Positions 48,649 to 57,180 of a stretch of DNA of 64,000 bases are shown piece after piece. The translations under genes were made by a program, and so were the position numbers. How positions within the stretch are numbered: position 1 is the stretch's first letter; the number at the start of each line of letters is the position of its first letter. Source of the DNA: Polyangiales bacterium. GTDB lineage: Bacteria; Myxococcota_A; Polyangia; Polyangiales; Ga0077539. The stretch lies in NCBI GenBank assembly GCA_044229975.1, contig JBGARZ010000017.1:129837-193836 (forward strand), read 5' to 3'. Under the pieces are notes generated by a model. That model was not told the origin of the DNA and made no database searches. It saw nothing but the letters and a program-made list of their open reading frames with translations.

Positions 48649-48870
48649 CTGAAACCAAGGCGTACTTCATTCCCCGGTTTCACGCGTGGCTCATCCGTCG
48701 ACGACTTCCCCTCCGTTACGACGTCGATCGCGCGCCGCAGACGTTGGTGCCCTCCGTGAGATGCCGTCGTCCGATGCGGTGGGTTGGGGCGCCGCTGTTG
48801 GCCGCAGCCTTCGATCAGGGCGCGCCGACGTGGTCCGCTCCCATCACGCGCGCTCTGGTAGCGTCGCGAC

Positions 48871-49392
48871 ATGAGGCGCGGCGCAGTGCTCGCGGGGTGG
48901 CTGGCGTTGGCACTCTCCAACCAGTTGGCGAGCGCCCAACACCGGCGCCGTCCGCGACTGGAACTCGGTCCTGATGCCGCGACGATGCGACGTTGCGGAC
49001 GGCCTCTCCCCGAACCCGTCGCCGATCCGCGCGGCTTCCCCGATTGGGCGCGCGGCCGGCCCTTTCCGCGGGCGCTCCGCTGGCCTCCCACGTCGCCATG
49101 CTTTCGAGAACAGGAGCGGCGTGACCGCGCGATTCACACCGTTCACGCGAGCCGCATCGTCAGCAACTGCTGGCAGAACCTGCTGCGGATCAACCGCGCC
49201 GTCGTGGACGCCCACGTGCGGATCAGGGTCGTCGTCGACACGGAGGGACGCTTCGGCGCCGTCCGCGTCCTCAACAGCCCCGACCCCCGCTTCCGCATGT
49301 GCATCGAGGCTGGCGTCCGCCGCATCTCTCCGCTCGGGCCGGGGCTGAGCGTCGAGGTGGACACCGCCGCGAGCCTCACGACGGGCGGGTGA
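48871..49392 (+). CDS. Secreted hypothetical protein with a TonB-C/AgmX-like C-terminal domain
   Basis: Signal peptide; IVSNCW...VRIRVVVDTEGRF...FRMCIE pattern. Confidence 0.5.
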   Translation: MRRGAVLAGWLALALSNQLASAQHRRRPRLELGPDAATMRRCGRPLPEPVADPRGFPDWARGRPFPRALRWPPTSPCFREQERRDRAIHTVHASRIVSNCWQNLLRINRAVVDAHVRIRVVVDTEGRFGAVRVLNSPDPRFRMCIEAGVRRISPLGPGLSVEVDTAASLTTGG

Positions 49393-49596
49393 CCAACCGC
49401 TGCGTGCGGCACCTCACACCACCACCACCCCCTCACGACTGGACGACGGACCGATCGGGGCATCGCACGCAGTCGCTGGAGGACGAGGAGTAGGACTGGC
49501 TCCACCGACGCGCCGCATACGATCGAGACTGGCGTGGCGATCTCCCATGGCTCGTGGTCGCTTGGGGCGAGGTCCGGTAGAAGAGGAACCACCGCC

Positions 49597-50100
49597 ATGC
49601 GACCGATCCGATGGGCCGTCCAGACAAACCTCGGGAGCGCTGACGACGTGGCCAAGCTCACGGCCTTCCTGGAGCGCCTCGGTGTCCCGTGGGTGCCCTT
49701 GAAGGTGATCCCCTTCGACGACACCCCGCCCGACGTGCCCGCCGACGGGGCTGTGGTGTTCTACGGCTCGACCACTCTCATGCGAAACGTCGCGCGCGAA
49801 GGCCGGTGGGACCCCGGCGTGTTCTTCGACGAGGCGCGGTTCGCCTTCGAGGCGCTGCGCGACGGCTACGGTCCCGCGCTGCTCAACGCCGCCAGCGAGG
49901 TGGTTGCGGTCGGCGAATTCGTGTCGCGCGACGTCGACCCGGAGGCGGAGTTCTTCGTCCGCCCGGCCGGGGACCTCAAGGAGTTTCAGGGCGCGGTGCA
50001 CACCTTCGGCGAGCTGCGCGGGTGGCGCGACGGCCTCGCGTCGAGCAACGGGCCGCTCGGGTTGGACACGCGCATCCAGGTCGCGCCGCCGCGCCACGAG
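49597..50100 (+). pseudogene. Truncated ATP-grasp protein (DUF4343/R2K-like)
   Basis: WAVQTN, VVFYGS and FFVRPAGDLKEFQG. Similarity ends at QVAPPR before the expected E(W/Y)R motif, and the frame then runs antisense to the beta-propeller gene until 50529. Confidence 0.6.
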
Positions 50101-50123
50101 GTGTCTGGCCTCGTCCGCGCTGG

Positions 50124-51206
50124 TCAGCCGCTGATCGCGCCGCGGCCGATGACGCGCCCGGTCGCGCCGTCGACGAACATCACCTGCGTCGAGCTAGCCA
50201 CGACCACGACCGGGCCGTTCCACTGGACGACACTGACGTCGTCGAGCTCCGCCTTCCAGCGCGGCTGCGTCGGCGCCGCGACGTCCCACGCGCGCAGCTC
50301 ACCGCGGTCGTTGTCGGCGACGACCAGCCGCTCTCCGCGGCGATCGAGCGCAACGCAGGACCACCCCTCCAGGTGCATCGCCAGCATCCCGTCCCGGGTC
50401 GGCGCGTCAGCGATCGTCGCGACCATCGTCGCGCCGGTGAACACCGCGTGGCCCGCGGTCAGGCCCAGCGAGGCGTCGATCGCGACGCGCGCGCCGTCGC
50501 GCGACCACGCGACCTGGTTGCCGAGGTAGTGCGGACAGTCGATCGCGGTCGTATCGCCGTCGATCGCGCGCAGGATCGCCTGCCGTTCGTGGAAGCTGAC
50601 CAGCGCGTTGCGCGCCGGGGACATCGCGTGTTGGTCGGTGGGTGTCGCGTGTGACCAGCGCACCGCGCCGTCGTCACCAATCATCGCGGCCTCGCCTTCG
50701 TACGCGCAGAAGTAGCCACCGGCGGTCGCCATCACCCGCTCCGGCCGCACGCCCGTCGGCACCGTGATGCCGCGGCGCTCGCGCGTGCGCCGCAACGCCG
50801 TGCAGCCCTCGGAGGGCAGCGGCGCCAGGTACAGCGCGACCGCGCCGCTCGCCGCGTCGGTGTCGGCGAAGACCACCCCGCGGCCGTCGACCGTCCAGTC
50901 GAAGCCGAGCTCGCCGCCGTCGTCGGGGTCGAGGTCGGCGAGGATCCGCTCGGCGCCGGTCGACGCATCGATCGCGGTGACGGTGTAGCCCCCGTCGAAG
51001 CCCGGACGCGTCGAGCGGAAGGCGAGCGACGCGCCGTCGGGGCTCCACCGCGTCTCGCTCCGCACCGACTCGCGCCGCCACCGGCGGACCAGCGCCCCGG
51101 TGGCCGTCTGCCAGAGCGCGAGCTCACCCGCGAAGGACGCGGTGATCAGATGGATTCCGTCGGGCGAGAGCGCCGCATTCGCGAGTTCTGTCTCTGATCG
51201 GTTCAC
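50124..51206 (-). CDS. WD40/PD40-like beta-propeller protein
   Basis: Repeats ALSPDG, RWSPDG, DWTVDG, AWSRDG and LRAWD. Start uncertain. Confidence 0.7.
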   Translation of the reverse strand: MNRSETELANAALSPDGIHLITASFAGELALWQTATGALVRRWRRESVRSETRWSPDGASLAFRSTRPGFDGGYTVTAIDASTGAERILADLDPDDGGELGFDWTVDGRGVVFADTDAASGAVALYLAPLPSEGCTALRRTRERRGITVPTGVRPERVMATAGGYFCAYEGEAAMIGDDGAVRWSHATPTDQHAMSPARNALVSFHERQAILRAIDGDTTAIDCPHYLGNQVAWSRDGARVAIDASLGLTAGHAVFTGATMVATIADAPTRDGMLAMHLEGWSCVALDRRGERLVVADNDRGELRAWDVAAPTQPRWKAELDDVSVVQWNGPVVVVASSTQVMFVDGATGRVIGRGAISG

Positions 51207-51731
51207 GGCCGCGACCGTACGGTCCCGTCGGTGGTCCAGGCAACGCGGACGGTCCGATGAGCGCCGTTGCCGACCTGCTCGCCGCCGCCCTGTCGCGGGA
51301 GTGTGCGGCGCTGTCGGGCAGGCGACTCGTGATCGGGGATTCGTCGGGCGCGGGTGCTTCTTCGAAGTGGCGCTGGAGCAGGGCGAGCGCGTCGCGAGTC
51401 CTCGAGTCGTAGGGTTCCGCAATGAGCGGGTCCCCAGTGGTCGGGCGAGACCGCGCTTGTGGCGCGTCATCGGTCGCGCGACCCTCCGGTCCGATGCGTC
51501 CGAGGACACGACAGGGCGGCGCGAGCGCCGCGATCGTGACCGCCACCGAGGGGACTTCTCGACGCGGTGTACGACCCCGCTGATCGTGTGGGGGGCAGCC
51601 ATGGTTCGACGGTAGCTCACTCCCCTCGGGGCGCGGCGAACTGCGAGTTCGCAGACGGCGTGACGTGAGCACTACCTCGGGGGCTCACGCGACCCTTTCG
51701 CGGCCGCGCGAGACGAGGCACCCTCCGCGAC

Positions 51732-53612
51732 ATGCCTGCCGACCGCGAGAAGACCGCGTCCCGACTCGGTGCCCTGCTCGCATGCGTGCTCGTCGCGGGC
51801 TGCGCGTTGGGCAACGTCGAGGGGAACGACGCTGCCACGACTCCAGAGGACGCCGGTGCGCTCGACGGTCCGGCGAAGGAGTCCGATACGTCTCCGGAAA
51901 ACGACGCACCCGACAGCGGCACGGCAGATCCCGACGCATCCGATGCGACCGACACTTCGGTGCCCACGGACGCCCGCGACGCCTCCGCCGTCGACGTCGC
52001 CCCGCTCGACGTCCCTCCACTCGACGTCCCTGGGCTCGACGCACCTTCGCCCGACACGACGGTGCGCGACGTCCCGCTCCTCGACGTCCCGCCGGACATC
52101 GCGCTCCCGGACGTCCCCGCGATCGATCGCCCTCCGCTACCCGACGTCCCCGCGATCGACCGCCCAACGCTCCCCGACGTGCCCGTCGTGGACGTGGGGA
52201 TCATGTGCCCGCCGACGCAGACGCTGTGCGGTGGCCTCTGCGCGACCCTGGGCACCGATCCGATGAACTGCGGGGCGTGCGGGCGCGTCTGCGCGGCCGG
52301 CTACATCTGCAGCATGGGCTCGTGTTCGGCGATCTGCGCCGCGGGGCTCACCCAGTGCGGCGCGTCGTGCGTCAACCTCGCGGCCGACACGGCGAACTGC
52401 GGAGCGTGCGGGATGACGTGTCTGGCGCCGCCGGGGAGCGTGGCCACCTGCGTCGCCTCGACGTGCGGGCTGCAGTGCATGCCCGGCTACGGCAACTGCA
52501 ACGGCACGACCGTCGACGGCTGCGAGACCGCGCTGAACACCACACCGACCCGCTGCGGCTCGTGCACGACGAGCTGTCCCGTGCCGACGGGAGGGAGCGC
52601 CACCTGTTCCGCGGGAGTCTGCGGAGTGGCCTGTTCGAGCGGGCGATCGAACTGCGGTGGGGCGTGCGTCGCCACGAACACCGTCGCCAACTGCGGGAGC
52701 TGCGGCCGGACGTGCCTCGCGCCCACCGGCGGCAGCGTCTCGTGCCTTCCCTTCCTCAACCTCTGCACTCCGACGTGCCCTGGATCGCAGACCGTGTGCG
52801 GCGCCTCTTCTCCGCTCGGACTCGGCGGGGGCGCGTGCCGTGACCTCGGCAGCGACGTCAGCAACTGCGGCGCGTGCGGCAATCGTTGCCCGGCTGCCCC
52901 GGCGGGCGGAACGATGTCCTGCGTGGGCGGAGTCTGCACGAGCGGGTGTCCGTCGTCGCAGGTGCTCTGCGCGGGGGCGTGCGTCGCGGGCCCGTGCACC
53001 AGCTTCACCGGCTATGACGTCGCCGGGACGTCACCGCAGGCCTGGGTCGAAGCCTGCGCGACGCCCGGGTTTGAGACCGACCTGGCGGGCACGGACGACT
53101 CGCGGCGCTCGCTCAATCTTCCGTTCGCGTTCACGTACTGGGGCGCGGTCGTCGCGGCGGGGACGTCGACGACGATCAGCTCGAACGGCTGGTACTCGCT
53201 CGTCGCTGCGACCTCATCGCTGCTCCCGACGTCGTTCCCGGGGACGGGTGCGCCGAACGGGACGCTGATGCCACACGGCGACGACCTCACGTTCATGAAC
53301 GGCAACAGCTCGCCGCGCGCGGTCTGCTGGGTAACGCTGGGCGCGGCGCCAAACCGCCAGTTCGTCGTCGAGTGGTCGCACGCGGCGTACTACTCGATGG
53401 ACTCGCCCGGCTACACCGGCGACCTGATGTTCGAGGTGGTTCTCACGGAGACCACGAACACCATCGACTTCATCTACAACCGCATGAACGGAATCTCCGC
53501 GGCGATGACCGGCATCGAGAACGTGGCGGGCACGCAGGTCGTGACGCCGTGCGGGTCGGGCACGAGCTGCGCGCTGGGTGCAAACCGCGCGGTGCGGTTC
53601 ACGCCGCGGTGA
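51732..53612 (+). CDS. Cys-rich repeat surface lipoprotein with a DVP-repeat linker and a NIDO-like C-terminal domain
   Basis: Lipobox LVAGC; about five (N/R)CG(A/S)C repeats; C-terminal LPFAFTYWG, ISSNG, FVVEW and FEVVL. Confidence 0.85.
   Translation: MPADREKTASRLGALLACVLVAGCALGNVEGNDAATTPEDAGALDGPAKESDTSPENDAPDSGTADPDASDATDTSVPTDARDASAVDVAPLDVPPLDVPGLDAPSPDTTVRDVPLLDVPPDIALPDVPAIDRPPLPDVPAIDRPTLPDVPVVDVGIMCPPTQTLCGGLCATLGTDPMNCGACGRVCAAGYICSMGSCSAICAAGLTQCGASCVNLAADTANCGACGMTCLAPPGSVATCVASTCGLQCMPGYGNCNGTTVDGCETALNTTPTRCGSCTTSCPVPTGGSATCSAGVCGVACSSGRSNCGGACVATNTVANCGSCGRTCLAPTGGSVSCLPFLNLCTPTCPGSQTVCGASSPLGLGGGACRDLGSDVSNCGACGNRCPAAPAGGTMSCVGGVCTSGCPSSQVLCAGACVAGPCTSFTGYDVAGTSPQAWVEACATPGFETDLAGTDDSRRSLNLPFAFTYWGAVVAAGTSTTISSNGWYSLVAATSSLLPTSFPGTGAPNGTLMPHGDDLTFMNGNSSPRAVCWVTLGAAPNRQFVVEWSHAAYYSMDSPGYTGDLMFEVVLTETTNTIDFIYNRMNGISAAMTGIENVAGTQVVTPCGSGTSCALGANRAVRFTPR
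52104..52184 (+). repeat. 33-bp coding tandem repeat (LPDVPAIDRPP/T), about 2.5 copies
   Basis: Units start at 52104, 52137 and 52170. Confidence 0.75.
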
Positions 53613-53638
53613 GCTGAACGCAAGCCGACCGCTCGGGG

Positions 53639-55108
53639 CTACCAGACCTCCCAGCCCTGCTGACTCGCGGGGGCCGCGGCGCCCTCTTCTGCCTTCGGGA
53701 CGAGGTGCTCCCGCAGTCGCCCCGCCAGCGAGTGCACGATGCTCCCCATCCAGGACTTCATCCCCGACAGCTCCTGCTCGAAGAGATCGCGGGTCACGAC
53801 GACCACGACGAGATCGGACTTCGCGACGACGCTCGCCGCGCGGGGCAGCGCGGTGATCAGCGCCAGCTCGCCGAAGCTGTCACCGGCGCGCAGCGTCGCG
53901 AGGACGACCGGCTGGCCCTCCGCCATCCGGCAGACCTCCGCCTCGCCGCTGACGACGATGAAGGCCGTGTCGCCGGTCTCGCCTTCGGTGACCACGTTCG
54001 AACCCGCGGGGAATCGGCGGGTCTGGAAGATCCTGCCGCCGCGGAGAAACTGCATGAGGTCTGCCTTGAGGGACGCGATGCTCGGGTAGCGATCCTTCGG
54101 CGCGGCGGCCATCGCGCGCCGCACGATGCGCGGGAGGTCGCCGGCGTGGAGGTGCGACCGTGGATCGCTGGAGTCGTCCACCGGCGGAAAGTCGCCCTCG
54201 CGAATGCGCTTGAAGAGCGCCGGGGTGATCTCGCCCTCGTAGGGCTTTCGTCCGGTCACGATGCGGTAGAGGAGCGCGCCCACGAGGAAGACGTCGGTTC
54301 GCTCATCGAGGGCGTCGACGCGGCCCAGGGTCTGTTCGGGCGCCATGTACCCGAAGGTGCCGAAGGCGTACTGGCCGGCGTTGTCGGCGGGGAGGGCGAT
54401 CAGGGACTCGGTGATGCGCTGGCGACCGATCTCCGGGATCTCCAGCTCGTCCTGCTCCATCGCCTTGATCTGCGCGCCGCCCCAGTCGGTGAGATACACC
54501 TCACCGTAATCCCCGACCATGATGTTGTCGGGTTTGATGTCGCAATGGAGGACGCCGCGGCTGTGGGCGAACGCCAGCGCGTCGCACACCTTCGAGACCG
54601 CTTCGAAGAGGCTCGTGAGGCGGTCGGCGTCGGCGTCGGGCGTCGTCGGCTGCGCCCGCTCACCGGACTCGATGATCTCCTTCATCGAGCGACCGTCGAT
54701 GAGCTTCATCGTGAAGAAGACGGTTCCGTTCGCGTCGACGCCCGCGTCGTGCACCGGGACGATGTTGGGGTGATCGAGCTGCGCCGTGATCTGCGCCTCG
54801 CGGATGAACCCGCGGAGGTGAAAGGGCGTGCCCCGATGCTGATCGAAGAGCTTCTTGATGGCGGTGTCGCGATGCAGGAGGCGGTCGTGGATCACCGACA
54901 CGGCGCCGACGCCGCCGCGCCCGAGCTCGCGAACGAGCTGCTGCCGCTCACCCACCTGAACATCAAGAGCGCCGAGCAACGCCGTCGACAGCTCGTCGTC
55001 GGTCAACGGTTGGGGGCGGGGCGCGCTCGTTGGAGACTTCCGCGCCACCAGCGGAATGGGCGGCGGCTCCGAATCTGATTCGAAACCAGATCTCGATTCT
55101 TTCGACAT
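53639..55108 (-). CDS. Ser/Thr protein kinase with a C-terminal cyclic-nucleotide-binding domain
   Basis: LGRGGVG, AIKK, HCDIKPDN, DWG and GTFGYMAPEQ; cNMP cassette FGELALITALPRAASV. Confidence 0.93.
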   Translation of the reverse strand: MSKESRSGFESDSEPPPIPLVARKSPTSAPRPQPLTDDELSTALLGALDVQVGERQQLVRELGRGGVGAVSVIHDRLLHRDTAIKKLFDQHRGTPFHLRGFIREAQITAQLDHPNIVPVHDAGVDANGTVFFTMKLIDGRSMKEIIESGERAQPTTPDADADRLTSLFEAVSKVCDALAFAHSRGVLHCDIKPDNIMVGDYGEVYLTDWGGAQIKAMEQDELEIPEIGRQRITESLIALPADNAGQYAFGTFGYMAPEQTLGRVDALDERTDVFLVGALLYRIVTGRKPYEGEITPALFKRIREGDFPPVDDSSDPRSHLHAGDLPRIVRRAMAAAPKDRYPSIASLKADLMQFLRGGRIFQTRRFPAGSNVVTEGETGDTAFIVVSGEAEVCRMAEGQPVVLATLRAGDSFGELALITALPRAASVVAKSDLVVVVVTRDLFEQELSGMKSWMGSIVHSLAGRLREHLVPKAEEGAAAPASQQGWEVW

Positions 55109-55360
55109 CGACTAAACCCTCGCCGAGAAGACCGCGGGCTCGAAACCGTCGGAGACGACGGACTCATATCACACCTCGCGCGGACGCCGTCCGAACGGGG
55201 CCTCACGCCCACGCCGACCCCGCAGACGATGCCGTCCAAGTCACCGTCGCGCGCAACCGCGCGGCGGGTTCGACCATCTCATGTCCGGCGAGGCGGTCGC
55301 GAAGGGTTCGCGATGGTCGCCGTCGCCGACTAACGGTCTCGATCAGGGAGGTCTCCCACC

Positions 55361-57082
55361 ATGCTTCGACTTCGTTCCAGGTCACTCGAATGGGGCACGG
55401 CGCTGCTGCTCGTCGGCGCGCTCGCGGGCTGCGACGACGACACCAACGCGACACCGGCAGATGCGAGCGCCACGGATGTTCCGTCGTCGACGGACGTCCC
55501 CACCGCGGTCGACGTTCCGGTCGCCACCGACACGCCGACCGCCACCGACCAGCCCGTCGCCACCGACACGCCGATCATCGTGGACACCGGCCCCGTCGAC
55601 GCGGGTACGCCCGACGCGGGCGCCCCGGCGCGCCTGCGCGTCGTGCACGCCGCACCGGGCGCCGGCAACGTCGACGTCTACGCCGCGGGCGCGACCACCG
55701 CGGCCGCCGGCAACATCGCCTACGGCACCGCCACGGGCTACCTGTCGCTGCCGCCAGGGCCCATCGCCTTCGACATCCGCGCCGCCGGCGCGCCCGCGTC
55801 GGGAGCGCCGGCCTTCACCACGCCGAGCGTCACCCTCGCGGCGGGCCGCTCGTACACCGTCATCGCCGCGGGCCGCCTCGCCTCGACCGACTCGGCCGAC
55901 CGCTTCCGCGTGCTCGCGCTCGCGGAGAACTTCACCGCCGACGCGGCGCAGGCGCGCGTTCGCATCGTCCACGCGGGCTCCGACGCGCCCACCGTGGGCG
56001 TCGACGTCGGCAACGACAACCCGGTGACGGCCGAGGTGCCGAGCCTCGCGCGCTTCGCCGACACGGGCGAGGCGGGCGTCGCGCTGCCCGGCAACGCGGC
56101 GCTTCAGGTGGGCCTCGTGACGGGCACGCCCGCGGCGACCGTGACGGCGTTTACGACCCCCAACCTCGGCGCCGGGAGCCAGTGGTTCGTCATCGCGACA
56201 GGCTTGCTGCCGAGCATGGACACCGCGGTCGACAACGGCTTCGGGCTGCTCGCCGTGAACCAGGCCGGCACCGTCGCCTTCATCAAGCAGAACCCGCGCG
56301 TGCACGTCGTCCACGGGGGCGCCGACGCCCCGCCCGTGGACCTGTTCGCGGGTCCCGCGGGCGATGGTCCGAGCACCGAGCGCACGCTCCAGATCGTCGA
56401 CAACCTCGCCTACCCGCAGCGCGTGGGCGCCACGACCACGGGCGGCATCGCGACCGCCCAGGTGCCGCCCGGCACCTACGGCATCGACATCTTCCCCTAC
56501 GCCGCGGGCTCGGCCCGCCCGTCGGGCGCGCCGGCCTTCACCGTGCCGACGCTGACCCTCGCCCCGGGCCGCCAGTACGTCGCCGTCGCCGCGTACTTCC
56601 TCGGGCCGCAGGCCGGGCAGACGCCCGCCGACTCCTCCTTCGCGGTGCTGCCGCTCGAGTACGCGATGACCAACGACTCCGCGACGCCCACGGCCCCGCG
56701 CGTCGTCGCCGTCCACGCCTCCGGCGACGCGCCCGCGGTGGACATCGGCACGCTCACCGGGAGCACCTTCGCGGCCGTCTTCTCGAACGTCCCGCGCGGC
56801 GCGAACTCCGCCGCGGCGGGCACCACCGTCCCCGCGGATCCGTTCACGCTCGCGGTGCGGGGAGCCGGCGCCAGCGCCAACGCCGCCACCTTCGCGATCG
56901 ACCTCGACGCCAACCAGAAGGTCTTCGTCATCGCGTCGGGCGCGCTCACGCCGCGGCCCGCTTCGGGCGGCGCGCTGGCTGACCAGTCGTTCCACCTGAG
57001 CGCCGTCTTTGCCAACCCCGGCACGGTGCAGCTCGGCGCGGGCGCCTGGAGCCTCGCGCGCATCAACCCCAACACGCTCTGA
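55361..57082 (+). CDS. DUF4397-domain lipoprotein
   Basis: Lipobox LAGC and four RxVHA..DAP.VD-type repeats. Confidence 0.88.
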   Translation: MLRLRSRSLEWGTALLLVGALAGCDDDTNATPADASATDVPSSTDVPTAVDVPVATDTPTATDQPVATDTPIIVDTGPVDAGTPDAGAPARLRVVHAAPGAGNVDVYAAGATTAAAGNIAYGTATGYLSLPPGPIAFDIRAAGAPASGAPAFTTPSVTLAAGRSYTVIAAGRLASTDSADRFRVLALAENFTADAAQARVRIVHAGSDAPTVGVDVGNDNPVTAEVPSLARFADTGEAGVALPGNAALQVGLVTGTPAATVTAFTTPNLGAGSQWFVIATGLLPSMDTAVDNGFGLLAVNQAGTVAFIKQNPRVHVVHGGADAPPVDLFAGPAGDGPSTERTLQIVDNLAYPQRVGATTTGGIATAQVPPGTYGIDIFPYAAGSARPSGAPAFTVPTLTLAPGRQYVAVAAYFLGPQAGQTPADSSFAVLPLEYAMTNDSATPTAPRVVAVHASGDAPAVDIGTLTGSTFAAVFSNVPRGANSAAAGTTVPADPFTLAVRGAGASANAATFAIDLDANQKVFVIASGALTPRPASGGALADQSFHLSAVFANPGTVQLGAGAWSLARINPNTL

Positions 57083-57180
57083 CGCCGGTCGGCCGTAGCG
57101 CCGACTCCCCCGATCCCCAACAGCCCCCAAACCCCGTCGAGCAGCACCGCGGCCTTCGCCTAGGGCATCCTACGGCGGCC

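Noticed and set aside
51210..51672. Possible gene or remnant upstream of the beta-propeller gene
   Set aside because: Only a short protein-like stretch (EPYDSRTRDALALLQRHF) with no assignable family.
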